The position numbers were made by a program, and so were the translations under genes. Under the pieces are notes generated by a model, which worked only from the letters and a program-made list of their open reading frames with translations, had not been told where the DNA came from and did not search any database. Source: Pelomyxa schiedti (lineage: Eukaryota; Protista; Evosea). Taken from it: 58,512 bases of DNA. Shown piece by piece: positions 38,282-49,900 of the stretch (position 1 is its first letter; every line of letters starts with the position of its first letter). Where the stretch lies: NCBI GenBank assembly GCA_020536535.1, contig JAHLWZ010000887.1:1-58512 (forward strand), given 5' to 3'.

Positions 38282-38770
38282 CTACACAACACCGCACATG
38301 CTTGAGCTCACATAGGCTTTTGTGCTGAGATGAGGCCCCCATATCCCCACCACAGGGCAGAACTGCACGAAATCAGAAGTTACACCTCGGTCCGGGATGG
38401 CGTGGTCATTCACAAGCAGCCTCAAGTACTCCGCGCCGGCGCCCTGGGCCACCTCCCTCTCCGCCCTCACGGAATCCACGCGGACCCACTCCAGCCTGCC
38501 CATGCCGCCGCGCTCCGGCCCTCGCTCTGCGCGGCGCGCAGCATGCCGAGCACCGCGCCGCCGTGCTCCGTTCGTGGCTGTGGGCGTGCAGGCGAACAAA
38601 AAAAAAAACATTTTCGGGAAGGTTTCTTGTTGTTTTGCCACTTCTACACAAGGATATACAGGTTTGGTAAGAATTCTTGTAGTTGACAAGGATTTCTCCA
38701 TTAGGTGGTGTGGCATTGAGCAGACCGCCAAGAGATACCAGAAGGACTTGTTGAGTAGTGTACCCCATGG
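38282..38770 (-). CDS. Hypothetical protein
   Basis: GC-rich exon-like frame (GRLEWVRVDSVRAERE...EYLRLLVNDH) after an acceptor-like site. No domain recognised. Confidence 0.35.
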   Translation of the reverse strand, partial: PWGTLLNKSFWYLLAVCSMPHHLMEKSLSTTRILTKPVYPCVEVAKQQETFPKMFFFLFACTPTATNGARRRGARHAARRAERGPERGGMGRLEWVRVDSVRAEREVAQGAGAEYLRLLVNDHAIPDRGVTSDFVQFCPVVGIWGPHLSTKAYVSSSMCGVV

Positions 38771-38961
38771 TGGGCGTCAGTCATATGTGCACTGCTAAGA
38801 GGGTTTGTGGGAGTGTGATCCATGAGCCCCACAGAGAGACACCAATCATTGGGTTCCCCATCTTTTAATGAATTGGGATACAGTGAATGGTGGCACGGAG
38901 GAGTATACCTGGGGCAATTTTGGCAAGCAGAGGAAACCAATGTGTAAGACAAGAAATGGAA

Positions 38962-39904
38962 TCAAGTTGCATTTGTTGGGATGAAGTACAGAGGGTTACA
39001 AGTACTTGGCACATAACAAGTTCGCCAGCTTCTAACGACCTTAAGCCACTGTAAAGAAATTGGTTTGTGAGAGGAAATAATACAGTACAGTGTTCGAGTG
39101 GCCCAATCAGCAGTATCCTGAACGCAAGCAATTGTTTTGGGTAAGGATTGTATGTCCGGCGATGCCCTGAGAAACACGGTAATCAATAACCATTGAAATA
39201 GGAAGGCTTATTCAGCCCTCTGACCTGCAGAGGGCAACAACGTCATCTACAATGATCATGCTTGGCACAACAGATTGATTGTGGAGGTTAAGGAGTGCTG
39301 TGCGGAGACCAGTGTCATCCTCGACATACCTTGAGCAACAACACATTAGGTGGTGTGTTGCAATGCATATGTAAAAAACTGCAATATACTGACCAGCTCA
39401 CCTGAAGTGAACGCGAGTAAATACGGAAGCACTTGGGGATTTCTGGTCAATGCACGGGAGTGGGGGTGAAGCCTCCAGTTGCTTACGATCGCAGAAAAAC
39501 ACCACATTCGCCAATCTTCCAAAGGCCTCGGAACGAACCACATTCCTTTCTGTTTGTTGTGGTTGTGGTTGTGGAACGAGTGATTGTTGCTGCAACACAA
39601 CACCTCTACTTTCTGATGTGGCGGTTGTGGCAGTTGTGTCGGTTGGCGCGTCGGTTGGGGGCGGAAGGGGCGGCGCAGGCGGCGGTTGGGTTTGGAAACG
39701 AAACGGCGCGATGCGTTTGGAAGCGCACGCGCACCCGCAGTGGAACGCGATGGTGGTTTTGCCGCAGCCGCGCGGGCCGGCCATGACACAGCCGCTGGCG
39801 CCCAGGAAATTATGGGAGCTGTAGCGAGAGACGCAGTCGCTGCACAACAACGAGTCCTGCAACGTGCCTGGCCTTCCCAACAACGCCCAAGGCTGGAACG
39901 TCAT
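38962..39904 (-). CDS. SWSAP1-like RecA-fold ATPase (Shu-complex RAD51 paralog-like)
   Basis: Walker A MAGPRGCGKTTIAF, then VVFFCDRKQLE, RVHF|RYVEDDTGLRTALLNLH and Walker B PSMIIVDD. The motif order matches what I recall of SWSAP1. Confidence 0.62.
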
Positions 39905-40001
39905 CTCGCTTGTTCTTCGACTCCCAATAGATTGATGAGATACTGTTCTGTGTGATCGTTTCACGAAAAAGCGGTTCGAAGGTTCCTGCCGCTCGTAAGG
40001 A

Positions 40002-41253
40002 ATGATTCGCCACAACTGCTTCACGATCGAATTTGGGTGCAAATGCTTGACAGGTACTACTAGGAACATTAAAGCGAATGTTGCGTGTTGCGACTCTCTG
40101 CTGACCAACGAGCCAACAGGAAGACGTCATACTATGGAGGACAGACATTATGGGATGTCCAATCTGCCCGGCTGCACTACAGGCCCTTCTGCCTTTTTTG
40201 GTGTTTACGACGGTCATGCGGGACCCGAGACTGCCGAATTGGCCGCAAACAGGCTGCACAATATTCTTATTTCGTGCACTCCCTTCCAAGAGGTCGGTGA
40301 TAGTTCCATGGGAATACTTTTTCCCACAAAATCAAGTCACACAAATGATTTACAGGGCAGATATGCGGAGGCACTTGAGTGCAGCTTTAGTGACCTCGAA
40401 AAAGAAGCTATTGATGTCTCTGAAAAATCTCCGTATCACAGTGGCACCACGGTAGTTGTAATTTTAATTGTTGGTAATAAGTGAGTTCCCGTCATTACGT
40501 GAAGACACAATATTTCTGACTCGCACACAGAATGTGGGTTGCCAATCTTGGAGATTGTGAGGCCGTCATCCCAGAGTCAAGAACAACTGGCAGGAGAATC
40601 AGTGTAGTTCACCGCCCTCAGGATCCCAGTGAAAAACAAAGGTAAAAAAGCCATCACTTCCTCAGAGTCTAACCTTCGGTCAATCTTAGAATTGAGGATG
40701 CCGGAGGATTTGTGATTTCTAGCCGTGGTTTTGGAGCCTCTTTTTGGCCTGCATGTACGATTAGTCGATCACTTGGTGACATAGAGTATAAGTACCCACA
40801 CAACAGGTTTGTTATTTCTTGTTTCCAGTGGCACTTAGTTTGTGTTTAGAGCAATAGGTCACTTTATTTCACCCGTACCCTATATCAAAGAGGTCTCCTC
40901 TCAGAAGTCGTGACTTTCCAATTTTTGAACGTCATTTAGTTCACCCTTACTCCTGAGATTCCATTTATTATACTTGGGTGTGATGGTCTTTGGGACTTCG
41001 TAAATGAAACTTACTCTACTTCCAATAACAAACCCACACCTCAGATTACACATGACAACGCTGTAGAATTGTGTACCCAGCATAAGGATGCTCACTTACA
41101 AGCAGAAGAGAGTGCCGGAATCCTTGTTCAAGCAGCTATTGATGCAGGTTGGTTTTCTTCAGACAATCAAACACTCTTACAAAATTTCCTCCCACTCACA
41201 AAGGAAGCATGGATAACGTTACTTGCATTGTGGTTCATCTCAATTGGCATTAG
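40002..41253 (+). CDS. PP2C/PPM family protein phosphatase
   Basis: GRRHTMED, FFGVYDGHAG, SGTT, WVANLGDC, HRP...EKQRIEDAGG, SRSLGD, FIILGCDGLWD and GSMDNVTCIVV, spread across short introns. Confidence 0.93.
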
Positions 41254-41570
41254 CCCCTTTGGCATTGCACAGACCCTTTTGTAGTTGTTTTGGCTCCTTC
41301 AAATTTCAAAATTGTGACATCTCCTATCTAGTTAGGGGAACAGCACAAACAATATTAAATTTTATATTTCCAATAAACGAAAAGGTAAATCACCGAGGCA
41401 GCGTTGGATCTCCGGTTTGTCGCATCTACATTTTTTTTCAACGACCGACCAACGTAATTACACCATAACTCACTATCACCTCTTTTCTTTATTTTTTTTT
41501 ATTTTTTTTATTTTTGTCATTTTTTTTTTTTTTTTTTTTACGAAGCGATAGAACGCTGTTGTGCATGTGA

Positions 41571-44193
41571 ATGGGGGATTACCGAGAACCAACTGCGTCA
41601 AGCGACGCACAAGAACCAGAGCAAGAAACAGGCGACTTGGACCGAGACTTCATGGACGAGGAGCTACATAACTTGAAGGTGGGGGCCGAAGACGAGGCGG
41701 GCGAGGACTCTTACAGCGAGGTGCAGTCTCCAGTTTCACCAAAAAAAGGTGTTGATGGTGAAGTGGCAGTTGATTCTGTGTACGGCACACAACCAAGACC
41801 GGTGCGTTGGTTGTAATATTCATCATTCTTGCTCCTCGACTTTATTTATTTATGTTTTACACAGAAAAACACCAAGCTGAAATCTCTCCCACACAACCAA
41901 AATTCTGAGGTAACAACCACCACACAACTCTCTACTACAACAACAACCACTACAACCACTATGACAACCACCACTACAACGCCTATCAAAGCAGATACGC
42001 AGGAAAAAGTAGCCAAACATCAGGTTTAGAACACAACCACAACCATAAAATTTTTATTTTTCTCAAGGTAACTGGAAATTTGGCACGCTTACAACGGGCT
42101 CTTAGCAAAATGATGCAAATGCCAGAAGCATATCCTTTTAATCAACCCGTCGACCCTATAAGCCTTAAGATCCCAGATTACTTTGACGTTGTCAAAGACC
42201 CCATGGACTTCAGCACCATATTGGTTGGTGCTTCTCCCACTTCCAACCTTATTCCCACTCAAATACACTGGAAAGACCAACGTTAAAAACGGACTTATCA
42301 CAACACCTGAAGATTTTGCCAATGATATGCGCCTTGTGTTTTCCAACGCAATGATGTACAATCCTGTTGGACACCCCGTGCACATGTAACCAGTTTTCTT
42401 CTTTCCTGTTTTGTCCTATTAACTTGGTTGCGCAGGCTTGCCAAAACACTCCTTGCCCGCTTTGACAAAGATTACGAGCGAATAATGCTTCCCTCCACTC
42501 CAAGAACGACTCGTACCGCGGGTTCACATTCCCCAAGCACATCTATGTCTGTAGCAGTTCATCACCGACGTCCTTCCAACTACAGTGACAATGAAGTTGA
42601 TGACGGGGATGGGGATGTGAAAGACGAAGACTACAGAGAGCATGAGACCCGAAAAAGACCAAGTCATTCAAGGTACTTACGTGCTATCTTCACAAATGAA
42701 CACCAACACCGTTCTTCAGCAGGAAGCACACTAGCACCAGGCACTCAAGTCACAAGAGTAATACGCCATCTACTTCACAATCACATCATCACAGCACATC
42801 ACACAGCCCTCAAGCACCAGTCAGTAGTGCTCATTTACCACATAGTCCCCAGCAACCGTCGCAACCGTCAGCACAGAACACCACAGTTGATGTAGATCCC
42901 ACTTCGTCGCCCCCCACCTCTCCAGGGGCATCAAAACCAAATGATTCGCCGCAATCCCACTCCGATAGCCAGTCGTCTAAAGTTGAAATGGTCAACACAC
43001 TCCAGGAGCTACGAAAGGCAATGAGGACACTCAAGTCTGAATTACGTTCTCTTAAAAGTCAGCGGAATACACACCCACCTTCCCATTCCAACAGTGGTTC
43101 GTCTCATGGAAATCCGGGCGGCAACACGGAAGTTCAACACAAACCGCAACCACGGAGGCCCACACGTCCCCACATTGTCACTCGTACTATGACCTTACAA
43201 GAGAAACAACAACTCGGGGAGAACATCAAGAATCTACCTGCCGAAAAACTTGGTCACATCGTTTCGATCATTCAAGAGCGGGGGTCAGTGAAGCAACAAC
43301 AACCAAACACGCCTGAGTACGAGATTGACTTGGAAACCTTGGACAACGGTACTACAACTTACCAAATCAATTTCTCATACTGAGATAGGGACTTTGAGAG
43401 CACTTGAACGATATGTTCTAAGTGTCACTCCAAACGCGCCCACTGATACTTCCCATCCTGATGTTCCTCGGAAGCGCAGTCCTCCTCCAACTGTTCCACA
43501 AACAGATGAGGGAAAACTTGCTCGAGCCCAACAAGCTGCTACGGACACCAGGCAACAAATCCTTGACGTGGATCGCGAGTTGGGGGAACTGGACGAAATG
43601 ATGGGCACTCGGCGGAAGCCCCCACCCAAAAGGCCACGTGTTGATACTTTAAGTAAATCTTGCAGCAGTGTTCCTACTGCCACGACCCCACCGTCACTGC
43701 CACAGCCAAGCACACCACCACCGGCTCAATCATCAAGTACCTCCCTCAACCCAGGTGGGGCAACATCTTCAACCCCAACCGCATCTCCATCACAGTTGCC
43801 TTATCTCGGTTCAGCTGAACAACCCGCAGAGAGTAATACAAATCACACTGGGACAGAAGAACCACTTCCCAATTACCCTCCAGTGGAAGGCACAATAAGC
43901 GCTGAGATTCCAGGAGTTTCATCTACACCAACCGCTCCAACAAATGCAACACAACCCACCAGTTTAGAACCCGGCTCTGACTCGTCCAGTGAAAGTAGTG
44001 ACTCTTCAAGCTTCAGTGACAGTGATGACGAGGTAAGATTACATAACAGCCCTTGAAACCCTATCTTACGTTGCCTTATTTACAGAACGCAGCAGCAGCC
44101 GGAACGTTGGAGACACTTGCAAATGCATCTCATCATGCCCAGAACGCAACTGGAATTCCCCCGCAAGCAACACCAAACGCACTCCACGAGTGA
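41571..44193 (+). CDS. BET/GTE-family bromodomain plus ET domain protein
   Basis: Bromodomain AYPFNQPVD...[16 protein letters not shown]...[15 protein letters not shown] domain [28 protein letters not shown]...EIDLETLD|TLRALERYV. Ser-rich tail. Confidence 0.92.
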
Positions 44194-44367
44194 ACCCACA
44201 AAAAAACAAGTTGAAGCGTACCTTTCGCAACTGTGCCCAAACAACGGGGTATTTTCCAGCCCGCGGTGGGAGTCCACTTCCAACTTGGAAAGTCGTTTGA
44301 TCCAAAAAAAAATGCGGCAACGGAACGTAGCAGCACAAGCTCAAGAAAAAACGGGGGAGGCAGCAGG

Positions 44368-46385
44368 ATGTCGGACTACGTGCCCCACGCGGTGTCTCTG
44401 CGCCTCAGCGAGAAGTACGTCGGCAACACAGGCAACAGGTGGGAGCTGCGGGAGGCCCTGCGCGAGACCATCCAGAACTGGCTCGACGCCTGCCTCGAGG
44501 CGGACATGAAGGCCCACCCTGGGCAGTCCTCCTGGGAGACCCTCGACTTCCTGCGCTACGACGACACGCGCCTGGCCCCGTACCTCCTCACGTCGTGCAG
44601 CCCCCCTATGCCGACTCCTCCTCCTCCTTCTCCTTCTTCCGCGCCTCCTCCCGGGACCACCGCGGCCGCCCCGCCCCCGGGGCAGCAGCAGCAGCCGCCG
44701 CCTCCCGCCGCGAGGTTCGAGGTGCCCAGGAACGTGGTGCCTTGGCTGTCGTTCCTCGTGGTCCGCAGGGGAGTGTTCCCGCCCCGGGCGTACGGCTGCG
44801 TGGAGTTCGAGGCGTGGGCGTCGCCGTGGCCCGCGGTGGCGAGGGACGGCTGGGAGGCCATCAGGGAAATGGCCGAGACGCGCGGGATCCTGAGGCTGCG
44901 GAATGTCGGCGAGATTCCGGCGAACGCTCTGGCTATGGGCGAGAGCTCAAAGAGGGACGACAGGACTGGCCAGATAATCGGAGTTCACGGCGAGGGCATG
45001 AAGCTGTCTGCTCTGTCGTTTTTGAGGCTGTCAGATGCCAACAGGTAGGTTGCTATTATGGGTGTGAGTGCTTCGTTTACTACTTTTAGATACTCTCAAA
45101 GACTAATCTATGTTATATTGAATGTAAGATAGTAACTAGGTTTATACTGATTTCTCTTCTTCCCTTCAAATTAGCTTTGTTATCAATTCGGGAGGCCCAC
45201 ACTCGCAACGGTGGGCGTTCTCTCTGCAGATGGACCGTGAGTTGTTCATCAACACACCTTCGACATCGCGGAGCCTTCACGTAACTCTAACCCCATCAGT
45301 GCAAGGGGAGGCGCGATTGATACCACTGGCAGTACATCCTGGGCCTTACGTGGATGTGAAAATGGAAGGAGTGAGACCAATTGACTGGCAACGCCAGGGG
45401 ATCGACAACACCCTGCAACTTGTTGACAAGGTAACTGGCCAATATTTTATTTTATATTCATAATCCATTTTTCAAGGTGAAAATGAACCCTAAGGTTGTA
45501 GTAATTCGGAAAACCAGAGGAGGCGAGGAAATCGGCAAAATCCTACTGGGCACACAGTTCCGCTCTCGCCTATTCGTGAAAGGATTATACATATGCATCA
45601 ATCCATTTGAAGCCAATTTACACTTTGGGATTGACACCAATCTCGCACTAAACAGAGACAGAAATCAAACAACCTCCGAAGCAGAGTTTGCAGAAACAAC
45701 AGGATTACTTCTTTGCGCCCTTGTCAATAATTGTGAGAGGGGTGGCTTCTGTGGCTCAGAAGGGAGGATTGAGTTTGATCCGGCCTACCTTGCAGAACTG
45801 AACGAGCTATGCAACTCTGTCTGGAGGTGCCACTTTTTCGAGATACATGCGTACAGATACTGCAATTTTATCAACGAAGCCGGAGCTGATTTCATATTCA
45901 GTCTGTTCCGAGCCGATATTATCAGCCGCTGCACAACCACAGACCAACTGCAAAGGGCACAAATAGCACAACCATCCAATAGACTCTGCGGGTGGGATCC
46001 CCAAGACGTACTCCTTTCAGTCAGAACCGGGAACTACTACAACGTAGGCGACTATGAATACAGAATACTCACCAAATCGACACGGGAATTCCTCCACCCG
46101 CGGGAGTATGTGAGGAGGCACCTCTGCAACGCACCGGAGGTCAAAGATAGGGCCGTTCTGGACCGGCTGCGTGCTAATTGGGAGGCCATGACTGTGAGTG
46201 GGTGCAAGGTGAAGGTGTTCCCAACAGAGAACTCACTTGCATATCTGGACCAAACGGACAACACGCTTTACATTGATATCAGGCTGTGTAAGTGCCACTG
46301 TGGTGCTGGTGCTGCGTGCTCCAGACTTTGTGTATTTGCCAACCTGTGCCAAAATAATGTTGCCTTAATGTCTTTTAAACTCTAA
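44368..46385 (+). CDS. GHKL (Bergerat-fold) ATPase-domain protein; 3' end uncertain
   Basis: N-box WELREALRETIQNWLD, G1-like LRNVG and lid/G2 AMGESSK...IIGVHGEGMKLSAL. Downstream are LFVKGLYI...FGIDTNLALNRDR and a Cys cluster CKCHC...C...C. Confidence 0.72.
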
Positions 46386-46555
46386 ATAATAAATAGCATC
46401 TGAATTTTTTTACTTTTGCCCAAGTTGGACCAAGGCAGGGGAATAGTCTCTCCTGCCACTTCCCTAGACGTGATGGTGTCTCATCACTTTTTTTCCGAGC
46501 AGGGTTTCAAGTAAATTACGTAAACAAAAGATACTACTGGAGACTGAAATAAACG

Positions 46556-46897
46556 ATGAAGGACTCTGACACGGTGACCGGCTCAGGGCCGCCACTTGCC
46601 GAAGCACACCCGATGGCAGACGGGTCCCTTGAACGAGATGACAACGACCGGCACCGCGGCCCTCCGCATCATTATGGGTCGCCGTCTCACAGCCCCCCGC
46701 GGCGCCACCGCTCTCAATCACGCAACACTCCCTCACGAGATCACGACGACGACGACGCCCTACGCGGCAGTTACTCCCACAATTACGGCCGCGATCACGC
46801 CAATGCCCGCCCCTGCTACGGCCGCTATCATCGCGGCGGCGACCGTGAGCGCTACGACGACCGGCAGTATCACGAGTGGGCACATCGTGATCAATTT

Positions 46898-46955
<58 letters not shown>

Positions 46956-49900
46956 GGGACCAACCTGTTCGAGATCAAAACCAATTGCAGCAATTGCAAA
47001 CTCCGGCTGTGGTGGCTACGCAGGCAACCGCGCAGAATGAACTCCCTGACCGTGCTCCGATCCCACAATGCAAGGAATCTGCTCCCTCGCGCGAAGCGTG
47101 TGGAGACGACGAGATGGAGGAAGGCGAAATCAGAGACCAATCTGACACGCCGCCCGTTCCAACTTCAGTGGTAAAAACAGAACCTGCTGCTCCGCAAATT
47201 GTGGGAAAGACACGTGAAGAAGTCCTGCAGGAAGCTGAAATCAGAGACCAATCTGTCCCGCCGCCTGTACAACTTTCCGACGTAAAATCTTCTCTGCAAA
47301 ATGTGGAAAGGACACGTGAAGAGGCGAAGGATCCTCAAGTCAAAGAACATGCACCTGTGCCACTTCCCGAGATACAACCTTCTCTACAAGACGTGGGAAC
47401 TGTACGTGAAAAGATGGAGGAAGCCGGAATGAAAGAACCGACTCCTCTGCCGATTTCTGAAATGAAACCTGCTCCACAACACATGTCTATGGAGACTATG
47501 CCACTGGAGGAAAAACCTGGGACACCCACAACCACTCAAAAATGTGAGGAGATTCATGAAACTGTACTGCACCAACATTTGAGACAAATTTCCCCAGATG
47601 AGGGTTCTACCTCTGTACTGACGGAGTCCCTGCAACAACCTGCCGCAAAATCACCCTCTGTGAAGGAGTCATTCCAAATTTCCGTGACCCAAACTCAGCA
47701 ACCTCAGCAACAGCACAATGTGGATCTGTCACAAACCCCATCATCTGAGCACACTCAGAGTGAAAGTAAAGACACTACATGTTCCCAACAAAACATGGAA
47801 GCACAGATACCAATCCCACCAAACAGTACGGCGCTGCAGGGCAACCAAAAGCTGGCAGAATCCCCGCAGCAAACTGAAACATTAGTGAACAAAAATCCCT
47901 TAAACTCTGAGCTTCAGCAAAAATCAGACGACGGTGCACAATCGGAAGTAGTGGTTGAACCACCCAATATACAAATGCAAGAAGACGAAGAATATGAGGA
48001 ATACGAAGAATACGATTATGAGGATCCAGAAGCATTCAGTGAACAGTTTCCGTCTTGCGAGTCTGCCCCCTTTCCTGAAGAATATTCAACAGAGCAAGAT
48101 GACTATCCACCTTTTCCTGTGGGTTCACAGCAGAACTACAACTTCAGACATAAGTCAACAGGCTACTACTCGAACCGCGGTTCTTTCCCATCAAATGCCA
48201 AAACTAAGGCGCCCCTGCAACGCCCACATCTACACAATTACGAGAAGTACTTAGTTAACAACAACGCCAAACGGAGACGCACGGAGAGTGTTTCATTAGC
48301 GGCACCTCCATCAGAAGCACCTCCCCCAGCGGTACCTCCATCAGAGGAACCTCCATCAACAGCTTCACTTGCATCAGCACCTGTGGGCGATCCCTGTGAC
48401 CTTTCTCATGCTACAAAACCTGCAGGACAAGTGGAGTTGCGGTATGTGTCTATGCATCAGAATTTGTTTGACGTGCAACCTTATATAGGGATTACCAGAA
48501 AGAACTTCTAAAACTATGCAAAAGAGGAAATACTATAATAAGTCTAGATACAAATACTGGAAAAACTCTGATAGCCATCCGCCTGGCTCAATGGGTGCAC
48601 AAACATGTGCCTGACAAAACAAGTTCGTAAAGTGATCCTTTTGGTTTCACTCTGAGTAACTTTAGTTGCATTTGTTGTCCAAAATGTAAATCTTGCGAAC
48701 CAACAAAGAAACGAATTTGCGGAACACTGTGGCTTGACGTGTGATTCTCTAGTTCTTCCTGCCTCTTTTTTCTAAGTTTCTTTCAGTGTTGAGTCATTCA
48801 CTGGCGGCAAGGCCATGAAATCCTGGCCCATTGCCGTGAGGACAAACAATGTTATTGTTTTAACTGCTGGTGTCATGTACAACGAACTACAAAAAAACAC
48901 CGCCATTCTCAGTGATCTCTCTCTTATGGTAAACCCATCGGCACTCCGACTTCAACGTACCCATGCTTTTAAGATCTTCGACGAGTGTCATCATACTACT
49001 AAAGATCACCCTTTCATGATGATTATGAGGGAGTATCACAAGCAGCTCAAAGAAGGAATTGAAGTGCCTTCTGTACGACTCTCAGATATTTTCAAAAACA
49101 ACTGAGAAAAATGCAGATTCTGGGACTCACAGCTAGTCTTGCGTCTGGACAAACATTGGGAGAGACTATTGTGATGCTACTTCAAATGTGCTCTAATCTT
49201 GCAGCAGTTGTATGTACAGCTGATACGCACTCATTCAGTGAGCCCGTAACTGTACGTTAAAATTTTACTTTCTGCCCTCAGGAAACAAACACCTTAAAAA
49301 AAAGGAAGATGTCTATGAACTACTGATGGATGGTCCTTCTACAATACTGCATGGTCTTATCGTTAACGTTCTAAATGATTGCATGCAGCACTTGCTTCAC
49401 CACAAGGTTTGCATAAGGACAAAGACTTGTCATTACCTGCAAAATTTTATTGAAAATGAAATAGGTTGTGCAGTCTAAACCAAACATTGAACTTGGTTCT
49501 TTGGAGTATGGGCAATGGGCAAATTCACTCTTAAAGCCTCCTGTCACATCATTCGACTCTTGCTCGGAGCCCTCGATGTCGATGCACGAAATTGCTCTTC
49601 CAGCAATCTTGACCCTTCGAATTCTCAACAGGGCACTCATTCTTCTTGATGAAATTTCCTGCAAGAGCGCGTATGCCTTCTTCATCTTGCACCTTTCTGT
49701 TTCCTTATCCATGCAGGTGGGAACACATTAAAACGAGCTTAACATTAGCAGCTACCGATTCAGAGAAACATAGCCAGTTCTTTAAGAATATCTTGGATGG
49801 AATGTCAAAGACCCTTTTTGCGGAATACACAGAAGAGAAGCTTCCAATTCGCTCCACTAAACTTGAAACACTCCGTGATGTTCTCACAATGGTTAATTCC

